Sequence record: NC_019526.1 | DNA: 64,000 nucleotides | Reading direction: 5' to 3' (one strand) | In this document: positions 1-9,244 of the stretch, piece by piece | Layout: every line of letters starts with the position of its first letter | Numbering within the stretch: the stretch's first letter is position 1 | Made by a program: the position numbers and the translations under genes | The notes under the pieces: generated by a model | Databases searched by the model: none | What the model was told of the DNA's origin: nothing | Seen by the model: only the letters and a program-made list of their open reading frames with translations

Positions 1-32
1 CCTAATAATTAGAAAAGTATCAGGTGTGATTT

Positions 33-617
33 ATGTTAAGTACTTTTAAGCGAGTTTATTTAAGAAACAACAAAATGCAAGTTCGTTTACACAAAGACGA
101 AGCTGATTCGTTTATGGCTAAAGCTATTGTTAAATCTGAATTGTACAAACGCCTTTCACCAAAAGAAAGCTCGCCATATGGATTTAATCACCCACACAGC
201 CATTATGTTGGATTGGTGTGTGAACACGCTGCTTATGTGTTGTTCACGGAACTGGAAGAAATGACTGGCATCAAATACGATATCGATCCAGCATTCCAGA
301 ATAGTAAAAGAGATGGTGAATGTGATTTAATTGTTAACAATCTACGTATAGAAGTGAAGGGTATTAAGTACAAATCATGGACTAATTATGGTCCGTGTAT
401 CAGTACAAGACAATTGAAGAATATTGAGAAAAAAGCAGATATCATTCTGTGGGTTTTGTATAATGAAAAACGTCATGAATTTTCGTTTGAAGGTTTTAAT
501 TATGTAAAAGATGTACATACTGTACCAGTTAAAATTACTGGTGCTAAAGGTAAACCACAAATTAAAAATCATCCAGTTATTGATATTATTAAACCATTAC
601 AGGAATTACCAATATGA
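33..617 (+). CDS. PD-(D/E)xK restriction-endonuclease-fold protein
   Basis: Motif GLVCEHAAY...DGECDLIVNNLRIEVKG; start may be ATG 75. Confidence 0.6.
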   Translation: MLSTFKRVYLRNNKMQVRLHKDEADSFMAKAIVKSELYKRLSPKESSPYGFNHPHSHYVGLVCEHAAYVLFTELEEMTGIKYDIDPAFQNSKRDGECDLIVNNLRIEVKGIKYKSWTNYGPCISTRQLKNIEKKADIILWVLYNEKRHEFSFEGFNYVKDVHTVPVKITGAKGKPQIKNHPVIDIIKPLQELPI

Positions 618-871
618 TCAAATGTAATATCGTAGTGTATAATTATGAGATTAATTCACGCGATGGAAGTGAAGAATTAGTGAATTCATATTTAGAATAT
701 GTAGTTAATTTTCCAGTACTGCCGGCGATTGGTTCTGAATTGAAAATTTATACATACAATGAAAAAGTATATGTAGTACTGGATATCGAATACAGAACAC
801 GTATTATGGACTGTCATAATGTTGACAATCCAAGTACCATGGAAATTAATATCATTGTTAAGGAAGTATAA
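614..871 (+). CDS. hypothetical protein, paralog of 871..1113
   Basis: Shares LP-x-x-G-(S)E-L-I ... (Y/F)-x-V-x-x-IE core with next ORF. Confidence 0.75.
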   Translation: MIKCNIVVYNYEINSRDGSEELVNSYLEYVVNFPVLPAIGSELKIYTYNEKVYVVLDIEYRTRIMDCHNVDNPSTMEINIIVKEV

Positions 872-1113
872 TGAACCAACAATACATGATTAAAGTGGTT
901 TTGTACAAAAATGATAGTCAGAGAACTAAAATCTGTTCTTCTTATGTTCAGTCATTACCAAGAACCGGAGAACTTATTACAGTACTTAATGATAAATTCA
1001 TTGTTGAACAGATTGAACACACACTGTATCCAATTAGTACAACCGATACTGTTTCGTGGAATATGAATCAACATTCTGAATCTGGTATTGCTATTATTTG
1101 TACAAAAACATAA
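871..1113 (+). CDS. hypothetical protein, paralog of 614..871
   Basis: Overlapping stop/start; shared core. Confidence 0.75.
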   Translation: MNQQYMIKVVLYKNDSQRTKICSSYVQSLPRTGELITVLNDKFIVEQIEHTLYPISTTDTVSWNMNQHSESGIAIICTKT

Positions 1114-1123
1114 GGTACCACAT

Positions 1124-1570
1124 ATGATGTATTTTATATTTCTGTACTTAATATGTCACCTTGTTATTGTTACTATTATGGACAGACATTCACACTTTGG
1201 ATATAGTTATAAAGTTGCTAAGATTTATGGTTTTAAATCTTATTTTGTTGCACTATTTTATAGTTATATACTCGATCCAAAGTATATGATATTGTCTCTT
1301 ATACTACAAAAAGAAGCAAACATTGATACTATTTCTAAAATAGAATTCGTATGTAGGCGATTTCTTAATTCAGATGATAAATGTTCAGTTAAATTTCATT
1401 CGGATAAAGTTATTTTTGTATATAACAATGTATTCACTTGTGGTATTGAATTAAATCAGGTATTAGGTATAGTTGATATTTCATGGAATCATAACGTCAT
1501 TATGCATCCAAGAACTATCAAGCTAATAGAAGCATGTAAAATAAAAGTTGACAGCGACACAAAGAGATGA
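1124..1570 (+). CDS. hypothetical membrane protein
   Basis: Hydrophobic N-terminal segments; ATG 1124 after AAGG. Confidence 0.7.
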   Translation: MMYFIFLYLICHLVIVTIMDRHSHFGYSYKVAKIYGFKSYFVALFYSYILDPKYMILSLILQKEANIDTISKIEFVCRRFLNSDDKCSVKFHSDKVIFVYNNVFTCGIELNQVLGIVDISWNHNVIMHPRTIKLIEACKIKVDSDTKR

Positions 1571-1598
1571 TATTATATAGAATAAACATATTAAAGAG

Positions 1599-2072
1599 GT
1601 GTATATGGATGCTTTAGCTACTCTATTCAAACTGAATACTTCAGAAAAAGAAGGTTATTTGAGTATCAGTGATCTTGAAAATACAAGTGAATATATTTTC
1701 AAAAATACAATCAAAATTAAAGCGAATAAGGATAAAAGCAATACACATTTCACAAAATGGATTGCTTATTGGGAGGGTGTTAATTTCGCAGTTGAAATGA
1801 CAGTTCTACCAAAAGTATTAAGTACCGGATTTGTTAAAGTTGTTATTATTGATAAAAATCTTCGACCAATTTCAGAAATTGGTGAATACCCAGTTAAGGG
1901 TACTAAAGTTTTTGGTACCATGATCAATAATAAGTTCATGATCGAAAAAACAAAAACTCAATACATCAATCAGGTTATTTCTGAATTCGAGAACAAACCT
2001 AAACCAAAAACTAAAACTGAAACCAATGAAGAATATGTTAATAAAATTAAAGAAGCATGGGGATTGAAATAA
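1599..2072 (+). CDS. hypothetical protein
   Basis: GAGG SD, GTG start (or ATG 1605). Confidence 0.75.
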   Translation: MYMDALATLFKLNTSEKEGYLSISDLENTSEYIFKNTIKIKANKDKSNTHFTKWIAYWEGVNFAVEMTVLPKVLSTGFVKVVIIDKNLRPISEIGEYPVKGTKVFGTMINNKFMIEKTKTQYINQVISEFENKPKPKTKTETNEEYVNKIKEAWGLK

Positions 2073-2521
2073 TGTTAACTTTAAAAAATCTAAAGTACTT
2101 AATTATGATTAGTATTATCCTATTCATCTCCAATGTACCTATGGATATTTTTAAATTTGGTGACACACGATTGGGTGCATTCATTGGTGTATATAGTTTA
2201 ATATTCTGCATCATAACATTTGTGGTTGCGTTTGTTATGTTCATTGAAGATATGTATGATGATAAAGACTTTTATTTCGAATTTCTCGGAAAAGATAGTT
2301 ATTCATTTATCTGGACATTCTCTATTTTACCAGCATTAATTTATGCATTCTTTATCGCAGAGGGTGGTATCGCCTATGGAGTTATGGGTATCTTCTTATT
2401 TCTTTTCTGGGAAAGAATCAGAACTATTCAAAACCGATATGCTCAAGAATATCGTGATGAAGAACTAAAAAATGAAGCAATGCGTAAGAATTATCCACCA
2501 GAAGAGGTAGAAATTAAATGA
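2072..2521 (+). CDS. hypothetical multi-pass membrane protein
   Basis: About 4 hydrophobic segments; coupled start. Confidence 0.75.
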   Translation: MLTLKNLKYLIMISIILFISNVPMDIFKFGDTRLGAFIGVYSLIFCIITFVVAFVMFIEDMYDDKDFYFEFLGKDSYSFIWTFSILPALIYAFFIAEGGIAYGVMGIFLFLFWERIRTIQNRYAQEYRDEELKNEAMRKNYPPEEVEIK

Positions 2522-2946
2522 GTACTTATTTGAAAATAACACTATTTGCTTTTATTGTATTTCTTATTCAGTTATATGGTATTCTTGTACATAACTACAA
2601 TTTACCTTCATTTCTGAATGAATCTTGGTATATTGGTTCTTTTTGGGTTACTGGAGCATTGGGTGTACTTGGGGTAATTCTGTCAATTGCAATAATCATT
2701 ATTACAGCCGACGATGCAGACAAAGAAACTACTATTAAAATGTTCGGATTTGATGAACTTAGTCCGTGGATTTATAGTAGACCATTCCTTTTATTGGCTA
2801 TTGTATTTGTACAACTAGGTTCTCTATGGGTTGCTGCTTTCTGTTTTAGTGTGTGGTCTTACCAAACTCTTCAGATTAGTGAACACCGTGACTATTTGAT
2901 TGAAAAGCTAACAAAAGAGGCAGAAAAAGGCACCAAAAATCATTAA
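2518..2946 (+). CDS. hypothetical multi-pass membrane protein
   Basis: Hydrophobic segments, layout like previous ORF. Confidence 0.75.
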   Translation: MSTYLKITLFAFIVFLIQLYGILVHNYNLPSFLNESWYIGSFWVTGALGVLGVILSIAIIIITADDADKETTIKMFGFDELSPWIYSRPFLLLAIVFVQLGSLWVAAFCFSVWSYQTLQISEHRDYLIEKLTKEAEKGTKNH

Positions 2947-3016
2947 TCATTGACAAATGTTCTTCACATGAGGTAATATCATTACCTCATTTTAATTCAA
3001 AAGAAGGAATGCAACC

Positions 3017-3319
3017 ATGAAAGATATTCTCATTGCAGTTGATGGTAGTGCTAAAACAATATCAAAAGGTATGCGTCTCTCCGTAGCCAAAACCCTTAGT
3101 AATGTATGCCCTGATTCTAAAATTTTATTTTGTCAAATTACAGACAAAAATATTATAGAATTAGATATTGATTTATTCTTTAAGTATGATCATCTTTTGT
3201 GTGGCACAAAAGCAAATATTGATCTGATATATTTAATTGATGATTTTGATCATAAATTCCTTATCACAGATAACAGTAATATTGAAAGTTCTGAAAACTT
3301 CAATGTAGTACTTTACTAA
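3017..3319 (+). CDS. hypothetical protein with Usp/VWA-like N-terminus
   Basis: MKDILIAVDGS start resembles Usp-type beta-strand/DGS motif; rest not recognised. Confidence 0.4.
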   Translation: MKDILIAVDGSAKTISKGMRLSVAKTLSNVCPDSKILFCQITDKNIIELDIDLFFKYDHLLCGTKANIDLIYLIDDFDHKFLITDNSNIESSENFNVVLY

Positions 3320-3339
3320 CCAACTGGAGATGTATTATA

Positions 3340-3795
3340 ATGCAAAAACTCAATGCATGGGTAGAGAATACCAGAATTTATCCACCTTCTGAAATGTTTT
3401 ATCAGGCTGACTCAAAACAAGCAAAGGCCGAGAAACGCATTGTAAGCATCTGTGAAGAGCTTTATGTTTTTACCTGTACTACCCTAAGCGATATGAGAGC
3501 GGCCTACACAGAGCTTTCTATGGCGGTTAGAATGGGTATTTCGGATATGCGTCAGGTTTATGTAGAAGAAATTTGTGGAAAGACTGCATTTCATATTGAT
3601 AATGCAGTAAAAGCATTAGACACTATGCATAAGCGAGATCCACTTCTACAGGCTTATTATAAAGAATGGTCATGTAAATCAAAGGATTTAAAAGATGAAA
3701 TTAAATCTACACTGATCAATGCTTTTCCGGGTGTTGATAAATCCGTACTTTTATCAAACCTACAGTACTGGTACGATAAAGAGAGTGAAAAATGA
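3340..3795 (+). CDS. hypothetical protein
   Basis: GGAG SD; no family recognised. Confidence 0.75.
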   Translation: MQKLNAWVENTRIYPPSEMFYQADSKQAKAEKRIVSICEELYVFTCTTLSDMRAAYTELSMAVRMGISDMRQVYVEEICGKTAFHIDNAVKALDTMHKRDPLLQAYYKEWSCKSKDLKDEIKSTLINAFPGVDKSVLLSNLQYWYDKESEK

Positions 3796-4304
3796 CAACT
3801 GTTTACATCGATAAACGTTGTGGATTAGCAATGACAGATTCAAGAGTTACATCTACAATAGAACGTGCTTTTCTTGGTGTTTTTCCATTGCAATCAAAAA
3901 ATCAATACAGTAAAGTACTACAAAAATCAATGTACATACACGATCGATTATTTTTAAGTTGTGGTACAGTATCTGAGATTAACAAGGTACTAAGGTATTT
4001 GGTTGAACAAAAACCAATAGTACCAAGTAGAAAAGATGGATGCCACTGTCTTTTACTTGATAAAGAGTATTGTATTAATTTTGTAATTCACAATGGTGTA
4101 CTGAAAAAGTTTGTACAATTCATTGATAAAAATTATGTATTCAGTATGGGTAGTGGTTCTTCTCATATGAGAAATACCTTTAATGATATCGGTTCATTAA
4201 AATTAAATAATATGTCATTATCGGAATACGTTATTGATGAATTCAGTAAAGTATCAGAAAAAGATATATATACTGATAATAATATTAATTTATACAAAAT
4301 TTGA
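3792..4304 (+). CDS. Ntn-hydrolase / HslV-proteasome beta-like protein
   Basis: N-terminal MTT, AMTDSRVT and FSMGSG motifs. Confidence 0.6.
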   Translation: MTTVYIDKRCGLAMTDSRVTSTIERAFLGVFPLQSKNQYSKVLQKSMYIHDRLFLSCGTVSEINKVLRYLVEQKPIVPSRKDGCHCLLLDKEYCINFVIHNGVLKKFVQFIDKNYVFSMGSGSSHMRNTFNDIGSLKLNNMSLSEYVIDEFSKVSEKDIYTDNNINLYKI

Positions 4305-4311
4305 TTAATTT

Positions 4312-4339
4312 AAAGACCAAATTGAATTTGGTCTTTTTT
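4312..4339 (+). terminator. intrinsic terminator
   Basis: AAAGACCAAAT-tga-ATTTGGTCTTT followed by T run. Confidence 0.7.
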
Positions 4340-4367
4340 GTTTTATTACATATAAAAAGGATGAATA

Positions 4368-5264
4368 ATGAAAGAAGTTGATCTAAATGAACTAAGTGCT
4401 GAAATCATGGAAACATTATTTGATGAATCTGATATTGAGCAATCAAAAAATATTAAGAGTACAAAAGATAATATCAGTCTCAAACATCCAACTGGTGTTA
4501 CAAATGAAATGCTGTTAAATGAAATACATAATGGTATTAATGTAAAACAAAATCGTGAATTACTTATCCGTTATAATTATCCACTAGCAGTCAGTATTGC
4601 TAAACGTTGTAAATGTTATATTCCAGAAGAAGATAAAATTTCTTATGCAGTAGAGGGTCTTTTGAATTCAATTCATAATTTTGACCTTACAAAAGGTGTA
4701 TTATTCAGTACTTATGCCAGTGCTTCCATTTACATGACAGTGATGAACATGAGTAATGAACATAATAATTTAGTTTATATCCCCCGCCATGTAAGTGTAC
4801 ATAATGTTAATATTCGTAAATTTGCAAATGACTACGAAAAGAAACACGGCAAAAAATGCAAACCTGAACTTATTTCAAAAGAACTCGGAATTAATGTTGA
4901 TACTGTTGAGTTGTGTTTGTCTTTCCAGGAAACCACATCTCTTGATACTCCAACTTCTGACGATAGTACTGCACTAATTGATACCATTGCCAGTGATTGT
5001 AATGTAGAACAAAATGACGTTGATAGTATTGTTCTGGAATTGATGAATGAACTAGAACCAAAAGAAAAGGAAATCCTTTCCAGAATTTATGGTTTGAATG
5101 GATATGCACCAGAAACCTATGATAGCTTGATTAGTACTGGATTTTATGATAAAAAGGGTAAACGTATCACTGTTCGCGGAACTTTACATTACAAATTCAG
5201 TACTGCACTTGAGAAACTAAAGCGTTTGGTTCGTCTAAAAGGATTAACTGCCAAAGATGTTTAA
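4368..5264 (+). CDS. RNA polymerase sigma-70 family factor
   Basis: Region 2 (NRELLIRYNYPLAVSIAK; EGLLNSIHNFDLTKGVLFSTYA), region 3 (VYIPRH...SLDTP), region 4.1 (LEPKEKEILSRIYGL). Confidence 0.9.
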   Translation: MKEVDLNELSAEIMETLFDESDIEQSKNIKSTKDNISLKHPTGVTNEMLLNEIHNGINVKQNRELLIRYNYPLAVSIAKRCKCYIPEEDKISYAVEGLLNSIHNFDLTKGVLFSTYASASIYMTVMNMSNEHNNLVYIPRHVSVHNVNIRKFANDYEKKHGKKCKPELISKELGINVDTVELCLSFQETTSLDTPTSDDSTALIDTIASDCNVEQNDVDSIVLELMNELEPKEKEILSRIYGLNGYAPETYDSLISTGFYDKKGKRITVRGTLHYKFSTALEKLKRLVRLKGLTAKDV

Positions 5265-5290
5265 ATTGATATTTTTTCTTTATTAAATAC

Positions 5291-5319
5291 TTGAACAAAA
5301 TTTTTTACAGTGATATAAT
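5291..5319 (+). promoter_or_regulatory. sigma70 promoter feeding an ORF-less region
   Basis: TTGAAC-17-TATAAT with extended -10 TG. Confidence 0.75.
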
Positions 5320-5325
5320 GTTTGT

Positions 5326-5940
5326 AATACATGGATGTTGGACATTCTTTTTGAAAAGAACGTATGGATAAAAACCCGATTAGCCGAAAATGTAACGCTA
5401 CGGATGAGTATAACCAACATATACGAGATGCAGAGGATACCCGAAAGGCGAGACGGCATCTAAAAGGATAGGAAATAGCACTGCCTATCCCAAGCTTACA
5501 TTAGGCTTGATAGATCGCAAATCTGGTTGAGTCCAGACAAATAAAGAGTGTAAGGGAGATTATTTTCTTTTAGATATTTTGGAAATAATCACAGTATTGA
5601 ATTGCTTGAATAGTTCGGTACTGAAGTGCAAGTATGTTTAAACTTGTGACCGTTGCATGTGACTGCGATAGGACGAAACAGGGCAACCCGCGTTCGTGTA
5701 CCAAAAGGTATAATTCGCAATTCAAGGAATTTCGACAGCTACGAGCTTCAAGGCTTAGCTTTTTATTTCTCTTCCCCTCCCTGTGGGGGGATGAAAATAT
5801 CTCGTGCAAACGCCTTCAAGTATTGAAATTCACGAAGTGAATTGAAATTACTTGTTCTGTAGTCGAACGACAGTGAGACGTGAGAACAAGTAATTTCTGC
5901 ATGTATCAACGAAGTGACAACGAGTTGATACATAGCACTT
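5326..5940 (+). ncRNA. candidate large structured ncRNA / structured DNA element
   Basis: About 600 nt, no credible ORF, raised GC, many hairpins and long-range pairings (5598-5606/5717-5725; 5845-5859/5883-5897). Confidence 0.5.
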
Positions 5941-6008
5941 TAAAACATTATTGAATTCAATAATTAATATTATTATGGTTATTGAAGAAATCAAATCGGA
6001 GTACTGAA

Positions 6009-6209
6009 ATGAACACTATTATTTTTTTGATTATACTGAGTACTGGAACAACTACTACAGTAATTAAAGAAATGCCTTCTTTAGTACAATGCAAAGTAAT
6101 TATGAATTCTGTTTATAAACAACAAAAAGAAAAACAAAAAGAAACAAGTAAAACAGATTACTATTGTTTGAATTCAACAACTAACACTGAGTACTACCCA
6201 GATGAATGA
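6009..6209 (+). CDS. small secreted/membrane protein
   Basis: GGAG SD, hydrophobic N-terminus, two Cys. Confidence 0.7.
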   Translation: MNTIIFLIILSTGTTTTVIKEMPSLVQCKVIMNSVYKQQKEKQKETSKTDYYCLNSTTNTEYYPDE

Positions 6210-6384
6210 ATTCACATTTCTTTGTACTTATTATTATTATACTTCTGCTAATTCAAAGAAGTATGTAAAGGAAGAAATAAACGTATATACCAGTTCAGTA
6301 CAAAAAGCTATTTGTGAGGTACATTTGTACTTAGTTTGTTGTGAAGTAATTGATATAGAATATATACATACTATACAGGAATAA
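6202..6384 (+). CDS. hypothetical protein
   Basis: Packed + strand ORF. Confidence 0.65.
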   Translation: MNEFTFLCTYYYYTSANSKKYVKEEINVYTSSVQKAICEVHLYLVCCEVIDIEYIHTIQE

Positions 6385-6389
6385 ATCCA

Positions 6390-7280
6390 ATGACTTTAAG
6401 ACTTATTACTGAAGTAGATAAATCAGTAAGTGAATTAACAAATGAAGAATTGAATAAATTGGACTGGAGTTCAGTACCAAAATCACAACTTCCTTCTATT
6501 TCAGATGATCGTTTAATGAAATGTCCCATCGACATTTTAACTCAAAGTTTTTCTTGTGATAACTATAGCAATGATTTGTGTTTATATATACTCACTTCTA
6601 AAATAAAGAAGTGTAAAGATTTTCGAAATGGTTATGCATTATATCATTTATTAAGTAATTTTTTTAATCCAGATTTTATCAAGAATAATAAAAAAGAAAT
6701 TCTTGAAATGTTAAAACGACATGAAGAGATTCATAGTACTGTTACGTTTCCATCAGTTATTCAATACCTGATGAAACATGGAATCATTTCATTTTTTGAT
6801 TTAAATATGACATTTGAAACAATCAATGACACATGGGACGCACTGGAATCAAATATTCCACAAGAAGATTGGATTAAATTAATCACACGTACAAATTACC
6901 TGTATTCAACACTCACTGAACACCATTCAATACAGAATAATGTAATACCATTAAGCACTGAAAACTTATGGAAATGTGGGATTAAAATTAATCCAGTTGT
7001 TGATCTGTCGTGGGTTAAAAATGGCACAGATGAATGTGATGATGATTATGTAGAAATTTTACTGGAAGATTTAATAGAACAATTAAATTGTACTTCAATC
7101 ACATGGGATGAAGTACTAGAAAAGTTCAACACATATAAACTTGATAGGGATAACAATCCCCCTTATGGTGTTAATTTTATCAGTACTGTATGGGAACATC
7201 ACATAATTGACACAAAGTTTGAATTGAACAGAGATGATTTTTTCAAGAAAAATTTACATCTTTACAAAACTATTGGATAA
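6390..7280 (+). CDS. hypothetical protein
   Basis: 296 aa ORF; no family recognised. Confidence 0.85.
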   Translation: MTLRLITEVDKSVSELTNEELNKLDWSSVPKSQLPSISDDRLMKCPIDILTQSFSCDNYSNDLCLYILTSKIKKCKDFRNGYALYHLLSNFFNPDFIKNNKKEILEMLKRHEEIHSTVTFPSVIQYLMKHGIISFFDLNMTFETINDTWDALESNIPQEDWIKLITRTNYLYSTLTEHHSIQNNVIPLSTENLWKCGIKINPVVDLSWVKNGTDECDDDYVEILLEDLIEQLNCTSITWDEVLEKFNTYKLDRDNNPPYGVNFISTVWEHHIIDTKFELNRDDFFKKNLHLYKTIG

Positions 7281-7345
7281 AAGTCTTGACATGGAGTACT
7301 ATTTGAGTAATAATACTCCTATCTTAATTTAATGAGGAAACACTG

Positions 7346-7510
7346 ATGAAAACTCTATTACTTATTGTAGTCGTGGCTTTTGGTGCATGGTGGTTTTCTG
7401 AAAATTTTAGTATAACTTCAAAAAATGAACCACAACCTGTTCCACAAGAAGTACATACAGATTCTATTGGAACTAAGGTTGATAAAATAATTAAAGTAAT
7501 TACGGAATAA
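7346..7510 (+). CDS. small membrane-anchored protein (54 aa)
   Basis: Own TTGACA/TAATAC promoter, GAGG SD; below ORF-track cutoff. Confidence 0.65.
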   Translation: MKTLLLIVVVAFGAWWFSENFSITSKNEPQPVPQEVHTDSIGTKVDKIIKVITE

Positions 7511-7515
7511 ATGTT

Positions 7516-7908
7516 ATGGGATTAGATGTAACTGAAGCTCAAACACTATTAGAAAACCTTAGAGAAATTAATTCAAAATTTGAACGTAATAATCTCTGTA
7601 CTGAATGGGATAAAAAACTACCCAATAGATTTAGTGAAATCACCAATGAAATTTTATTCAGTACTGGTTTAGTTTGGATTGAACATACTTCTCTGTATAA
7701 TGTTACATATCGCCATGAAGGTTATGTTGTTGAATACAATGAATATCTAGATCAGGGCATGAAAGTACTCAAAATGTGGAGTACTGTTTATAACGAGCTA
7801 GTAATTATCTGGATTAATGACAGTAATGGTGTTGACTTTGGTGATTTAGAAGAAAGCACTACTAAGGTAGCACCAATTTTTATTGGTTTGTCTGATAATA
7901 CTATGTAA
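7516..7908 (+). CDS. hypothetical protein
   Basis: Packed + strand ORF. Confidence 0.75.
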   Translation: MGLDVTEAQTLLENLREINSKFERNNLCTEWDKKLPNRFSEITNEILFSTGLVWIEHTSLYNVTYRHEGYVVEYNEYLDQGMKVLKMWSTVYNELVIIWINDSNGVDFGDLEESTTKVAPIFIGLSDNTM

Positions 7909-7929
7909 GTATCAAAGAAAGGTTTTGTT

Positions 7930-8136
7930 ATGAATGAAAAATTGGCTTTAATTTGGAAAAGTGGTTATGACTTTAAAGTAACACCAAAGGAACTTAGAGT
8001 ATTTCGTACTGAATACTGTGAGTATCTTGATTTAGACCAGTATAATACCATTGTTCGTATTGAACACGATGGCGATGTTGAAGGTCATATCAGTGAAGTA
8101 CTTGATAAAGCTATTTCAATTATTGAGGCAAAATGA
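7930..8136 (+). CDS. hypothetical protein
   Basis: AAGG SD. Confidence 0.7.
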   Translation: MNEKLALIWKSGYDFKVTPKELRVFRTEYCEYLDLDQYNTIVRIEHDGDVEGHISEVLDKAISIIEAK

Positions 8137-8333
8137 TGATTAGTTTTTATTTGGCAGTGATACTTATTAATGGTAATATCGAAAGAACACTAGGAAATGG
8201 GTTTTATAAAACCCCCGAAGAATGCTATACGACGACAAATTGGCCTCGTGATAGTGAAACTCGTGAAGAATTCAAATGCATCAAGGCTACTGGTGATTTT
8301 GTAAATTTCAAAGTTATTGAGGTACAAAAATGA
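8133..8333 (+). CDS. small secreted/membrane protein
   Basis: Hydrophobic N-terminus, two Cys. Confidence 0.7.
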   Translation: MMISFYLAVILINGNIERTLGNGFYKTPEECYTTTNWPRDSETREEFKCIKATGDFVNFKVIEVQK

Positions 8334-8611
8334 TTCTTTCAAAAGAAGAACGTGATATTGTATTACACGCTTTATATTTTCTTGAGAATGAAAGTATGCA
8401 TACGGATGCTTCTATGGCGTTGATTGAACGTCTTCAGAAAGAAGAAATGCCAAAGATTTATCGTATCCGTTATCTTGATGGGGCTGGTGGTGATCGTATT
8501 GCCATTGCTGAATCAAGAGAAGAAGCAGAACAAATCTTCACTGATAATTATTTGAATCCTTTTTTGATGGAAGAAGTTTGTGAAGTGAAAAATGGCACTT
8601 TTATTGGTTGA
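8330..8611 (+). CDS. hypothetical protein
   Basis: MILSKEE N-terminus shared with 9245..9490. Confidence 0.75.
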   Translation: MILSKEERDIVLHALYFLENESMHTDASMALIERLQKEEMPKIYRIRYLDGAGGDRIAIAESREEAEQIFTDNYLNPFLMEEVCEVKNGTFIG

Positions 8612-8641
8612 CAGATAATAAAAATACAGTATAATGTTTAT

Positions 8642-8742
8642 ATCAAGACAAGTAGTAGCTTAATATGTTCAAGAGCAGCGAGCAAACACAGCATAATGGT
8701 ACTCGTCTGTACAGGTTGCATTCCTGTTTACTTGTCTTTGAT
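8642..8742 (+). ncRNA. tRNA-like RNA with extended acceptor stem and 19-nt anticodon loop
   Basis: D arm GCTT/GAGC, anticodon stem GCGAG/CTCGT, T arm ACAGG-TTGCATT-CCTGT; no CCA; directly after TTGACA-16-TATAAT (8608-8635). Confidence 0.6.
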
Positions 8743-8768
8743 TTCTTTTAATTCAACGAGGTTATAAT

Positions 8769-8972
8769 ATGTTTACACCAAACACATCAAATGTAGGTAA
8801 GCGTGTAGTACTGTTAGAAGATGTATCAACACTTCGTGGCACTTTCAGTAAAGGCCATGAAATGACTATCATCGGTGAAACATCTCGCGGTTGGGATCTC
8901 GAAGATGATGATGGTAATCGCATTTTAGAAGCTGGGATGTTTGGTCATAAAGAATTTAAACTTCTTGACTAA
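8769..8972 (+). CDS. hypothetical protein
   Basis: GAGG SD. Confidence 0.75.
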   Translation: MFTPNTSNVGKRVVLLEDVSTLRGTFSKGHEMTIIGETSRGWDLEDDDGNRILEAGMFGHKEFKLLD

Positions 8973-8999
8973 ATGATTACGTGCTGCTAATATAAGAAC

Positions 9000-9067
9000 A
9001 AGACGGGGTGATAAATTAACATTAACCTTAATCGATCAACAGGTGGCTGCGGTTATCATCCCGTCTT
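9000..9067 (+). ncRNA. leader hairpin / small RNA
   Basis: 15-bp stem 9000-9014/9053-9067 directly after a TTGACT-17-TAATAT promoter. Confidence 0.4.
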
Positions 9068-9091
9068 TCCTTTTTAACAATGAGGTTTATC

Positions 9092-9232
9092 ATGAGTAAA
9101 GATGTTCACGTTCCAGTACAAAATGGTATGTCAGCATGTGGTAAACGAGTGGATTTAACTGGTTGGGTACGTTCAATGATCACTTGTAAAAAATGCAAAA
9201 AAACCAAAGAGTATTTTGATTTGGAAAAATAA
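9092..9232 (+). CDS. small putative Zn-binding protein (46 aa)
   Basis: GAGG SD; H...C...CKKC. Confidence 0.6.
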   Translation: MSKDVHVPVQNGMSACGKRVDLTGWVRSMITCKKCKKTKEYFDLEK

Positions 9233-9244
9233 CAAGGATTTATT

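Noticed and set aside
5570-5840. ORFs 5634..5840 (+) and 5570..5809 (-)
   Set aside because: No SD, TTG/ATG starts inside strongly structured sequence; better explained as non-coding
5326-5940. Group I/II intron
   Set aside because: No interrupted host gene, and no P7 (R/S) or domain V signature found
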